From NCBI GenBank assembly GCA_907165135.1, contig OU015568.1:16565208-16629207 (forward strand): a stretch of 64,000 nucleotides of DNA, read 5' to 3'. The position numbers and the translations under genes were made by a program. The stretch comes from Oikopleura dioica. Taxonomy: Eukaryota; Animalia; Chordata. The first letter of the stretch is position 1. Every line of letters begins with the position of its first letter. Of this stretch, positions 10,649-21,800 are shown piece after piece. Below the pieces are notes generated by a model. The model ran no database searches, was not told the DNA's origin, and saw only the letters and a list, made by a program, of their open reading frames with translations.

Positions 10649-13600
10649 TTAATACACTACGTACTCCACTACTTCGTACTGAATCGTGCCTTCAGGAATT
10701 GTCATCGGAGGAGGAGTTTTCTTCGATGTAGGTGGAGTGAAAGTAATTGAATAAGCTTGCGGAAGAAGATACCATTTTTCTTTAGCCATTTTGAAATGTT
10801 CGTTCACCAAGGTTAGAAACTCGTTGTTGTCTCCATAATAAACATGGTCGTTGTAACAGTTGTAACAATCTTCCATCATTTCGTAGGAAGCATAGTATTC
10901 TCGGGAAAGAGGAACTCGGATTTGAGTGCCAGAATGGTCGATGAGGGTGTTTTGGAGAATGAAGTCGGAGTTTTCGATTCGGTCAAGTATCATTTGATGG
11001 AAAATCATGGTTCCGTCGGGATTCTGATAGGCCCCGGTGACGGTTAATGGACGAGAGAAGGCGTATTTAGGATGCAGGAAAGCTAGAATATTCTTAATTT
11101 TTAATGATTTCTACAAAAACCTTGTTCATAATTGAATTCTGCTTCTTTCGAGTGGTACATGTCTTTTGGTCGCATAATGGCCCATCCACTTTCATTCAAA
11201 TAAGTTTTGAATTTCATTCTTTTGAGAAGCAATTCAACTTCATTTTCTTGAAATTTCTGTTCCTCCCTTTTCGGATTGAGGTTGAAGCCAGCCAAACTGC
11301 GCGGATAAATTATCATTGTCAGTTGAGTGAAAATTGTTTCAACATCAATATTTTCGTTCAAGTCATGTTTGAGTGCCCATCTCAAAAGAATAGAAACCGA
11401 AATGGGAACACAAAGATTGCTTTCTTTTTGGTTCAAAACATTCTTTGTTAGATTGCTGAAGTCAGAATTGACCTGTCTCGTCAGTTTGTGCTTGAGATTG
11501 GCCATTGCCGATGACTTCGTCAAATTTGGATCGTCCAGGCAAAAATCAGAAGACGCGTTTTTCAGAGAAATGATTTTGGATACTTTTTCTATTCGTAAAG
11601 AGTCTAGGGTCTCGTTTGAGAGCCACTCTGCATCGCAAGTCTAAGAAAAATCATCGATAATGATAGAAGAGGTCTTTTTTATCTGAACTCAAGAACTAAC
11701 CTTTAGCTCCTTTTCAATTGCTTTTCTCTCGACTTCTCCGATCGGGTTGAACAAAAGACTCCATGCTGTTTTCCAATCGCAGAAAAGCAAAACATATAGG
11801 GAAGATTCGTCTCCTCCATCTTTTTCGCAAAGGTGCCTGCTTCTCGAAAAAGCAGCAGAACCAGCATCTTGGAACAAGAAAATGATAATCAGGTCAGTTC
11901 AACTGAATACTCACATAAATTGAATGACATTCTATATTTGCTCCCTCTCCTTACGTAACCCATCTGTCGATAGCTCTTCCGTCCAGTGTCTTCGTCAATA
12001 TTTCCGAAATCGATCCACTTGGCTTCACTATTCTTCAACAGAATGTTTTCAGGCTTCTTGTCGTGATGATGAATCCCAATCTTTATGAAATAATAGTATC
12101 CCTTACTAACACCCAGTGCGATTTTCTTTCTTTCTTCCAAGCTTAATTCATTTGTCTTCAGTTTGCTCCTCAAATCCGAGTCGCACTTTTCCATTATCGT
12201 GATCCAACCTAGGCAGTCTTCGTTTCCCTCATCATTGCTCGAAAAGATCTCGATGTTGGCAAAGTTTTTGATTATGTTGGAATGAAGCGGTATAACAGGA
12301 TCCTCATCCTTCTCCTTGTTTTGAGCAATTTCGAAGTCTATAAGCTCTCGATTTGTGTAAAAGATGCAAGTTTACCTTCCGAAAGATGAATAACAAACTT
12401 AAATTCTTCATCCTTCGTAAACAGCGCCGAGTCAAAAGCCTGAACCCGAACCGCAACTTCCGATTCTCCGAAATTTTCTTCCACCACAATCGCCTCTCCT
12501 CCCACTGAAATCACTTTATGTTGAAAAGTTTTGTCGAAGGTCCATCTTCCAGTTTCTTCTTTTAATTCAGACCGGTCAATGGTTTTTCCTTTCAGATCAG
12601 GATTTTTGTCGAGAATCGTCCTTTGAAGTGAAGTGATCGCCCACTCTTCTGTTCTGAAAGAACCTCTCGTCGAGACTCTTCCTTTTTCATCTTGAAAGAT
12701 CACCTCGATCCACTGACCACAGCCATCATCTTTAAACTCGCTTCTTTCAACGGACAAGATCAACCTATCCAAATCATCTCTGCTCGTCGTCCGCTTCAAT
12801 TTCTTTTTAAACTCTTCCAGCCATTCCTCAACGGCTTCTCGCGTCAACTCTTTTGGATGCGTCGAAACTTTTATATTCGGACTTTTTGGCGGCAATGGAG
12901 GAGTCACAGGACGGGTCTTCTCCAAAACGAGTGGAGTTAAAGTTATCGAATAAGCTTTCGGTAGAAGATACCATCTTTCTGTTTCCATATTGAACTGCTC
13001 GTTCACCAAAGCTATCAACTCTTCGTTGTCTCCGTAATGGACAAAATCGTTGTTACTCTTAAAGCAATCCTTCATCATTTCTTCGGGAGCGTAGAATTCT
13101 CGAGAAGTAGGAATTCTGATTTCACAAGCAGAATTGTCGTTGAGAGTGTTTTGGAGAACGAACTCGGAGTTTTCGATTCGGTCCAGCACCATTTGGTGGA
13201 AAATGATTTCGCCGTTGGGATTTAGGTAGGCAACGGTGACGGTTAAAGGACGGGAGAAGGTAAAGTTTTGATGAAGGAGAACTTAATGATTTTATAGTCG
13301 AATTTATTAAACTGAAAAAAAACCTTGTTCGAAATCAAAAGTCCCCGCTAAAAAGCCACTTCTTAAAATTTCCCATCCACTATTATTATTCAAATATGTT
13401 TTATACTTCAATCTTCTTAGAAGCACTTCAATTTCGGTTTCTTGACATTCTTGTTGCCCTTTCTTCGGATTGAGATTGAAGCCAGCAAAACTTCGCGGAC
13501 AAACCACCATTGTTAGATGTGCAAAGATTTTTTCGAGAGTGAACCAGTCTCTCATTTTCCAATTTTTTGGTTTCAAGTCATTTTCGATCCCCCATTTCAA

Positions 13601-15108
13601 AAGAACCGAAACTGAAATGGGGATACAAAGATTGCTTTCTTTTTCGTTTGAAACATTCTTCGTCATACTTTCGAAATTGATCTGGTTTTTCATTTTTTGC
13701 TTGAAATCGGCGATTGCACAAGACTTCGTCAAATTACGATCGTCCAGGCAAAAATCAGAAGCAGCGTTTTTCAGAGAAATGATTTTTGACAAGTTTCGGA
13801 TTTCTTCCGCTGAAGGAGAGTAGATTGATCCCCAATCATCTCTGTCTGAAAGCCAGACAGCATTGAAAGTCTGAAGAGTTACTTTATCGCGAATCCAAAA
13901 TTAAGATCAGACCTTCAGTTCCTCTTTGATCATTTTTTTCTCTTCTTCTTTGATAGGTTTGAACAAAAGACTCCAGGCTGTCTTCCAATCGCAAAGAATA
14001 AAAATGTGAAGAGCTGATACTTCTCTTCCCACCATCGAACAAACCTGCGTGCTATCCGAGAATGCAGCAGATCCAGCATCTACGAAAAAAAGAAGAATAT
14101 AAAATGAAAGGTGGTTATTTCAAAATAAATTCAATTCATAACTTACATAAAAACGAATTGCCTTTGTATCTGCTTCCTCTTCTCGCGTAGCCCATCTCGC
14201 TGTAGCTTTCTCGCGAACTTTCTTCTTGGATAATTCCAAAATCGATCCATTTTGCTTCCCCATTCTTCAGAAGAATATTCTCCGGCTTCTTGTCGTGATG
14301 CCGTATTCCAATGTTTCCCAAATAGTCGCATCCTTCTTTTACTCCAATTGCGATCTCCTTCCTTTCTTCCAAATGAACATCATCTTTTTGTAGTCTGCTT
14401 CGTAGATCAGAGTCGCATCTTTCCATAATTGTGATCCAACCAATGCAGTCCTCTTTCTTTGTATCAACTGTTGAGAAGATCTCGATGTTGGCAAAGTTTT
14501 TGATTACGTTTGGATGAAAAGGAATGACATTTTCATGATCTTCTCTCATGCCAATAGCCACGTCATAATCTTTAATAAAAAATAAAACGAGTTTTTAAAA
14601 CAATCAAGTTACCTTCCGAAAGATGAATCTCAAACACAAACTCTTCATTCTCCTCCACAAACAGCGCCGAATCAAAAGCCTGAACCCTAACCGCAACTTC
14701 CAATTCTCCAAATTTTTCCTCAAAAACAATTGCTTCTCCTCCAGAAGAAATCTTATTTTGGCGAAGAACATCATCGAGAATCCATTCTCCGGTTTCTTCT
14801 TTTAATTCAGCTCGCGAAATTACTAGTTTTTTCGCCTCTTGATTAATTTTCTCAAGGATCGACCTTTGAAATGAAGTTATCTTCCATTCCGGTCCCCAAG
14901 AGCCATAAACTGTCCCGTTTCCGTTTTCAAAAGTAGCCTCTTCCCATCCAGCACCATGATCTTGGTGAAAGTCGATTCTCTCCACCGACAAAATCAATCT
15001 GTCCAAATAATCTCTGCTCGTCGTCCTTTTTAATTTCTTTTTGAACTTTTCTAGCCATTTCTCAACAGCTTCTCTAGTCAGCTCTTTTGGATGCGTCGAA
15101 ATTTTCAT
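10649..15108 (-). CDS. Tandem double [atypical protein kinase + papain-like cysteine peptidase domain] protein, multi-exon, roughly 1300+ aa
   Basis: Each half has GGEAIV, EVAVR, HHDKKPENILL and WIDFG, then N(Q/E)KESNLC and FHQM..LQNT. ORF 12338..13192 runs uninterrupted from the end of half 1 into the start of half 2. Short GT-AG introns, e.g. 14612-14570. Confidence 0.8.
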
Positions 15109-15390
15109 TGCAGAAATCAATTATTGAAAATTTGCTGCTTCGAAAATTCAAAAAAACATTCCCGTTATCCAGTCGATGATTGCGCAAAACACACAGAATT
15201 GAATTTTTCTGTTTGTTTTCTGAGGGCATCAGGCTAATCGTTATGATTTTCAACAAACGATCTTTTTTCTGGACAATCTACTGGAAAACAATAAACACAA
15301 AAAATTCTTGCCCTCACCTGAGAAATCTAATTGTTTTTAAATTTTTCAAATATAATTTGAAATTTTGCTTGAGCTCGAATTGCTGGCCGC

Positions 15391-15542
15391 CAGGGTGGCG
15401 GGCGCCCAGGTTCACGATCGGTTGGTTCACAATTTTGTGAACCTGGTTCTAAATTTCTGGAGCGCATACAGACCCCTGATTTCATACTTTTAAAAATTTT
15501 GTGAACCGGGTTCACAATTGTGAACCTGGGCGCCCTACAACC
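15391..15542. mobile_element. Degenerate hAT-like MITE
   Basis: Starts CAGGGTGGCGGGCGCCCAGGTTCAC and ends GTGAACCTGGGCGCCC(tacaacc). GGCCGCC flanks both sides. Internal GTTCAC/GTGAAC palindromes. Confidence 0.6.
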
Positions 15543-15820
15543 GGCCGCCAAGAGTAGCTTGAAAATAACCTTTTGGATCCCCCGGTCAAAACTGTCAGTC
15601 TGTCAGGGAAAGCTCCCACGGCGTTCAAGAGTTCATCCTCTCGTCTCGCTTTTCTCAAAGTTTATCTCACCAAAAGTTTTTTCCTCAAAAATACTTCAAA
15701 ATGACGATCCAGAGTCACGAAGATGCGAATTTTCGCGAGAAAAATCAACCCAAAATCAAGGAAATTTAGCAAAATAGAAATCAAAATTAACGAGAAAGGA
15801 AATGCTGATTTCTATAAAAG

Positions 15821-18800
15821 TGTCTTGATTGCCAGTGTATTGGAATTCTGAAAACCGTGGGCGAAGAAGTTTTCCTCTTTCCCGAAGAAGTTCTTGCTTC
15901 GCGAAACATTCACGCGCAAAAGCAAGATCTAAATTCGAAAAAATACAAAAAAGCTTATCGAAAAACGTTTGAGCTTTCTTCCCATGGATTTTCGACATTG
16001 CCCCACAGAGGAAATTATCTCTTTTTTGGAAGCATTTTTTGGATAACCATCATGCTTGTTGGTAGGTCACAATTTTTTGACTGAAAAGTCGAGTTTGTCT
16101 TTTAGCGAATTTTTATTCTTTGGAAAGATCGCGAGCAGTGACAACCTTTTTGACGTCAATTTGCCACCGCGGCTACAAAAAATGCGTGCAAACTGAGAGC
16201 ATGGACTTCTGTGGTCATTTGATGAAGCAATGCCACAAAACGAAAACGTTCATTCAACCGATGCGTGCTTCCAAAATCCAGCAGCGCGAAAACATCGTCG
16301 AGAAATTTAATGAAGAGGAGAATCAAGTCAATCTGCGCAGATGTGAGAAGAAGAAATTTTACGATGCGAAAGTCTGCCGCCATTTCTGCTCAAATACGCT
16401 CGTGCTGAAATCAACGAAGAAGAAGGCTATCTCTCCGTGCGAATCGATTTGCTACGAGCTAACACGATCCTTTGATTCTGCGGGCGAAGTTTGCCCCTTT
16501 GAAAAGTACTGCGAAAGTGGCTGCCCTTGTCCTCATTATCAGTGCGAAAAATTGAATGGCGATCAGAAATTTATTCCCGTTTTTGACTTGGAAAAGAGTG
16601 GTAAGATACTATTTAAAAAATCGCCTTTCTTTGATATTCAGCAGCTGAGAAGAGCTTTGAAAATCAATCACTTTCATTTTTCAATTTTGAAAGCAATTTG
16701 GCGGAAGAAGTTTCTACCGCGAGCGGGGAATTCCTTGCTCACAATGAAATTTTTCATAAAAATTGCCAAATTGGCAATTTTGCCCTTTAGTATAGGTAGG
16801 GCCCAGCCGCAAAAAATGGCCAACTCGAAATCGCTGTTTTTTCAAAATCTGTCAAGATAGGATGATAGAGCAGCTCAAGCTGAACAACTTTCATATTGAA
16901 GACTTTTGAAAAACCTTTGTTGTGTGACCGGAAATGACCTGCAAAAGTCCGAAAATCGCACCAAAATCGGTTTTTGGCCTGCGCAAGGTGTGCGCATCGG
17001 AAAAGTGTCTATTTTTTCTTCTTATTGAAAAGCTCAGGCTCTGAGCTATCTGTAGGGACCAAAAAAGTGGTCTTGGTACCCATTTTTTATGAGTAAAGAC
17101 TGCCGGAATATACCGGAAACCAGCGAAAAATGGCAAAAATGCCGGAAATTAAGGATAGGCTTCTAACTACTACATCTTTTTCGTCCTCGACGTTTAAAAA
17201 CACTTAAGGTCAACTTCGGCCACTTAGTGCCGGAGGACCTCCCGGAGGACCCTCTGCTGGAAGACAAGCTGCTGGAAGACCAGTATTTAAAAATAAAGAC
17301 ACAAACAAAATATAAAGGCTGGATTGGCTGGTTATTGCCGTATTCGGCCACTTGATGCCGGAGGACCTCCTGGAGGACCCTTCAGCTGGAAAACAAGGTA
17401 CTGGAAGACCAGTATTTAAGAAGAAAGATATAAATAAAATATAAAGCCTGGATTGCCTCGTTATTGCCGTTATCGGCCACTTGATGCCGGAGGACCTCCC
17501 GGAGGACCCTCTGCTGGAAGACAAGCTGATGGAAGACCAAAATAAAAGAAAATAAATAAAAGCCTTGTCTGGGCACAAATTGCCACATTTGGCCAAACTC
17601 GATCACTTAAGAGACATCTCGAAAGACCTTAAACAAAAAGACATACTGCTGGAAGACTAATTGGAAAAAATAAGTTGCTTTTCTTGTAACACGTCTGTTT
17701 ATTAAATTTGTCAAGAAAGAAGAGGCCCGTTAATTCTTTTCAATCAGAACCAGGGCGAAGCCGACTCGGAGGAGGCCACGCCCGCTTATTCTTTTCAATC
17801 AGAGTCAGGGCGAAGCCGACCCGAAGGGGAGGCCACGCCCGGTTATTCTTTTCAATCAGAGTCAGGGCGAAGCCGACCCGAAGGGGAGGCCACGCCCGTT
17901 TATTCTTTTCAATCAGAACCAGGGCAAAGCCGACCCGAAGGGGAGGCAACGCCCGTTTATTCTTTTCAATCAGAACCAGGGCAAAGCCGACCCGAAGGGG
18001 AGGCCACGCCCGTTTATTCTTTTCAATCAGAACCAGGGCGAAGCCGACCCGAAGGGGAGGCAACGCCCGTTTATTCTTTTCAATCAGAGTCAGGGCGAAG
18101 CCGACCCGAAGGGGAGGCCACGCCCGTTTATTCTTTTCAATCAGAACCAGGGCAAAGCCGACCCGAAGGGGAGGCCACGCCCGTTTATTCTTTTCAATCA
18201 GAACCAGGGCAAAGCCGACCCGAAGGGGAGGCAACGCCCGTTTATTCTTTTCAATCAGAGTCAGGGCGAAGCCGACCCGAAGGGGAGGCCACGCCCGTTT
18301 ATTCTTTTCAATCAGAACCAGGGCGAAGCCGACCCGAAGGGGAGGCCACGCCCGTTTATTCTTTTCAATCAGAACCAGGGCGAAGCCGACCCGAAGGGGA
18401 GGCCACGCCCGTTTATTCTTTTCAATCAGAACCAGGGCGAAGCCGACCCGAAGGGGAGGCCACGCCAGTTTATTCTTTTCAATCAGAACCAGGGCAAAGC
18501 CGACCCGAAGGGGAGGCAACGCCCGTTTATTCTTTCAATCAGAGTCAGGGCGAAGCCGACCCGAAGGAGGCCACGCCCGTTTATTCTTTCAATCAGAACC
18601 AGGGCGAAGCCGACCCGAAGGAGGCCACGCCCGTTTATTCTTTCAATCAGAACCAGGGCGAAGCCGACCCGAAGAGGAGGCAACGCCCGTTTATTCTTTT
18701 CAATCAGAACCAGGGCAAAGCCGACCCGAAGGGGAGGCCACGCCCGTTTATTCTTTCAATCAGAGTCAGGGCGAAGCCGACCCGAAGGGAGGCCACGCCC

Positions 18801-21800
18801 GTTTATTCTTTCAATCAGAACCAGGGCGAAGCCGACCCGAAGGGAGGCCACGCCCGCTTATTCTTTTCAATCAGAAACAGGGCGAAGCCGACCCGGAGGG
18901 GAGGCAACGCCCGTTTATTCTCACCAATCAGAAACAGGGCGAAGCCGACCCGGAGGGGAGGCAACGCCCGTTTATTCTCACCAATCAGAAACAGGGCGAA
19001 GCCGACCCGAAGGGGAGGCCACGCCTGTTAACACTTTCCAATCAGAGTCAGGGCACAGCCGACCGCGATGGATAATCTGGAACCCGACAGGGGGTGATTT
19101 TTTTTGTTGGAAGCAAAATTGACGCGAGAGACAAAAATAAAAAAAAACGCCTGGTTTAAGACGCTTCCATGAAATATGGCTGTCCCAGACCGAGCATTTC
19201 ATCTGTACATGATCCTGAGTATTTCGAGTTTTTCCGAACCTATCAGTCTCACGAATCATCCGGGAGGCTTTTCACAGATTCAAAATTCGAAATTCCCAAA
19301 AGATCGGAATTCAACGATAAGAAGCGAACAAGTCAAGGCCTATTAAATCCTTTCGGCCTGTCTCTGATTGAAAAGAATAAGCAAGCGTAGCCTCGACTTC
19401 TTTTCGGCTTCGCCCTGACTCTGATTGAAAAGAATAAACGGGCGTTGCCTCCCCTTCGGGTCGGCTTCGTCCTGTTTCTGATAAAAAAGAACAAACGGGC
19501 GTCGCCTCCCCTTCGGGTCGGCTTCGCCCTGACTCTGATTGAAAAGAATAAACGGGCGTTGCCACCCCTTCGGGTCGGCTTCGCCCTGACTCTGATTGAA
19601 AAGAATAAACGGGCGTGGCCTCCCTTCGGGTCCGCTTCGCCCTGAGTCTGTTTGAAAAGAATAAACGGGCGTTGCCTCCTTCGGGTCGGCTTCGCCCTGA
19701 CTCTGATTGAAAGAACAAACGGGCGTGGCCTCCCTTCGGGTCCGCTTCGCCCTGACTCTGATTGAAAGAATAAGCGGGCGTGGCCTCCTCCGGGTCGGCT
19801 TCGCCCTGACTCTGATTGAAAAGAATAAACGGGCGTTGCCTCCCCTTCGAGTCGGCTTCGCCCTGGTTCTGATTGAAAAGAATAAATGGGCGTGGCCTCC
19901 CCTTCGGGTCGGCTTAGCCCTGACTTTGATTGAAAAGAATAAACGGGCGTGGCCTCCCCTTCGGGTCCGCTTCGCCCTGTCTCTGATTGAAAAGAATAAA
20001 CGGGCGTTGCCTCCCCTTCGAGTCGGCTTCGCCCTGGTTCTGATTGAAAAGAATAAATTGGCGTGGCCTCCCCTTCGGGTCGGCTTCGCCCTGACTTTGA
20101 TTGAAAAGAATAAACGGGCGTTGCCTCCTCTTCGGGTCGGCTTCGCCCTGGTTCTGATTGAAAAGAATAAACGGGCGTGGCCTCCCCTTCGGGTCGGCTT
20201 CGCCCTGACTCTGATTGAAAAGAATAAACGGGCGTTGCCTCCTCTTCGGGTCGGCTTCGCCCTGGTTCTGATTGAAAAGAATAAACGGGCGTGGCCTCCC
20301 TTCGGGTCGGCTTCGCCCTGGTTCTGATTGAAAAGAATAAGCGGGCGTGGCCTCCCCTTCGGGTCGGCTTCGCCCTGACTCTGATTGAAAAGAATAAACG
20401 GGCGTTGCCTCTCCTTCGGGTCGGCTTCGCCCTGACTCTGATTGAAAAGAATAAACGGGCGTTGCCTCTCCTTCGGGTCGGCTTCGCCTTGGTTCTGATT
20501 GAAAAGAATAAGCGGGCGTGGCCTCCCCTTCGGGTCGGCTTCGCCCTGACTCTGATTGAAAAGAATAAGCGGGCGTGGCCTCCCCTTCGGGTCGGCTTCG
20601 CCCTGACTCTGATTGAAAAGAATAAACGGGCGTTGCCTCTCCTTCGGGTCGGCTTCGCCCTGGTTCTGATTGAAAAGAATAAGCGGGCGTGGCCTCCCCT
20701 TCGGGTCGGCTTCGCCCTGACTCTGATTAAAAAGAATAAACGGGCGTGGCCTCCCCTTCGGGTCGGCTTCGCCCTGACTCTGATTGAAAAGAATAAACGG
20801 GCGTGGCCTCCCCTTCGGGTCGGCTTCGCCCTGGTTCTGATTGAAAAGAATAAGCGGGCGTGGCCTCCCCTTCGGGTCGGCTTCGCCCTGACTCTGATTG
20901 AAAAGAATAAGCGGGCGTGGCCTCCCCTTCGGGTCGGCTTCGCCCTGACTCTGATTGAAAAGAATAAACGGGCGTTGCCTCCTCTTCGGGTCGGCTTCGC
21001 CCTGGTTCTGATTGAAAAGAATAAACGGGCGTGGCCTCCCCTTCGGGTCGGCTTCGCCCTGGTTCTGATTGAAAAGAATAAGCGGGCGTGGCCTCCCCTT
21101 CGGGTCGGCTTCGCCCTGACTCTGATTGAAAAGAATAAACGGGCGTTGCCTCTCCTTCGGGTCGGCTTCGCCCTGACTCTGATTGAAAAGAATAAACGGG
21201 CGTTGCCTCTCCTTCGGGTCGGCTTCGCCCTGACTCTGATTGAATAGAATAAACGGCCGTTGCCTCTCCTTTGTGTCGGCTTCGCCCTGACTCTGATTGA
21301 AAAGAATAAACGGGCGTGGCCTCCCCTTCGGGTCGGCTTCGCCCTGGTTCTGATTGAAAAGAATAAACGGGCGTGGCCTCCCCTTCGGGTCGGCTTCGCC
21401 CTGACTCTGATTGAAAAGAATAAGCGGGCGTGGCCTCCCCTCCGAGTCGGCTTCGCCCTGGTTCTGATTGAAAAGAATTAACGGGCCTCTTCTTTCTTGA
21501 CAAATTTAATAAACAGACGTGTTACAAGAAAAGCAACTTATTTTTTCCAATTAGTCTTCCAGCAGTATGTCTTTTTGTTTAAGGTCTTTCGAGATGTCTC
21601 TTAAGTGATCGAGTTTGGCCAAATGTGGCAACTTGTGCCCAGACAAGGCTTTTTATTTATTTTTTTTTATTTTGGTCTTCCATCAGCTTGTCTTCTAGCA
21701 GAGGGTCCTCCGGGAGGTCCTCCGGCATCAAGTGGCCGATAACGGCAATAACGAGGCAATCCAGGCTTTATATTTTATTTATATCTTTCTTCTTAAATAC

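Noticed and set aside
19066-19345. Transposase remnant in the foldback core
   Set aside because: The 73-aa ORF shows no BED finger, DDE or hAT dimerisation motif that I can recognise.
17722-21489. CRISPR array
   Set aside because: Units are contiguous with no unique spacers, there are no cas genes, and the context is eukaryotic.
19345-21489. Hammerhead ribozyme satellite (CTGATTGA...GAAAAG)
   Set aside because: The core is not CUGANGA, no stem II precedes a GAAA, and only one helix per unit can be drawn.
17708-21503. Long ORFs (455, 318, 259 and 258 aa) on both strands of the 57-bp arrays
   Set aside because: They arise because the unit is a multiple of 3 and stop-free in several frames. 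Occasional shorter units shift the frame freely, so there is no sign of coding constraint.
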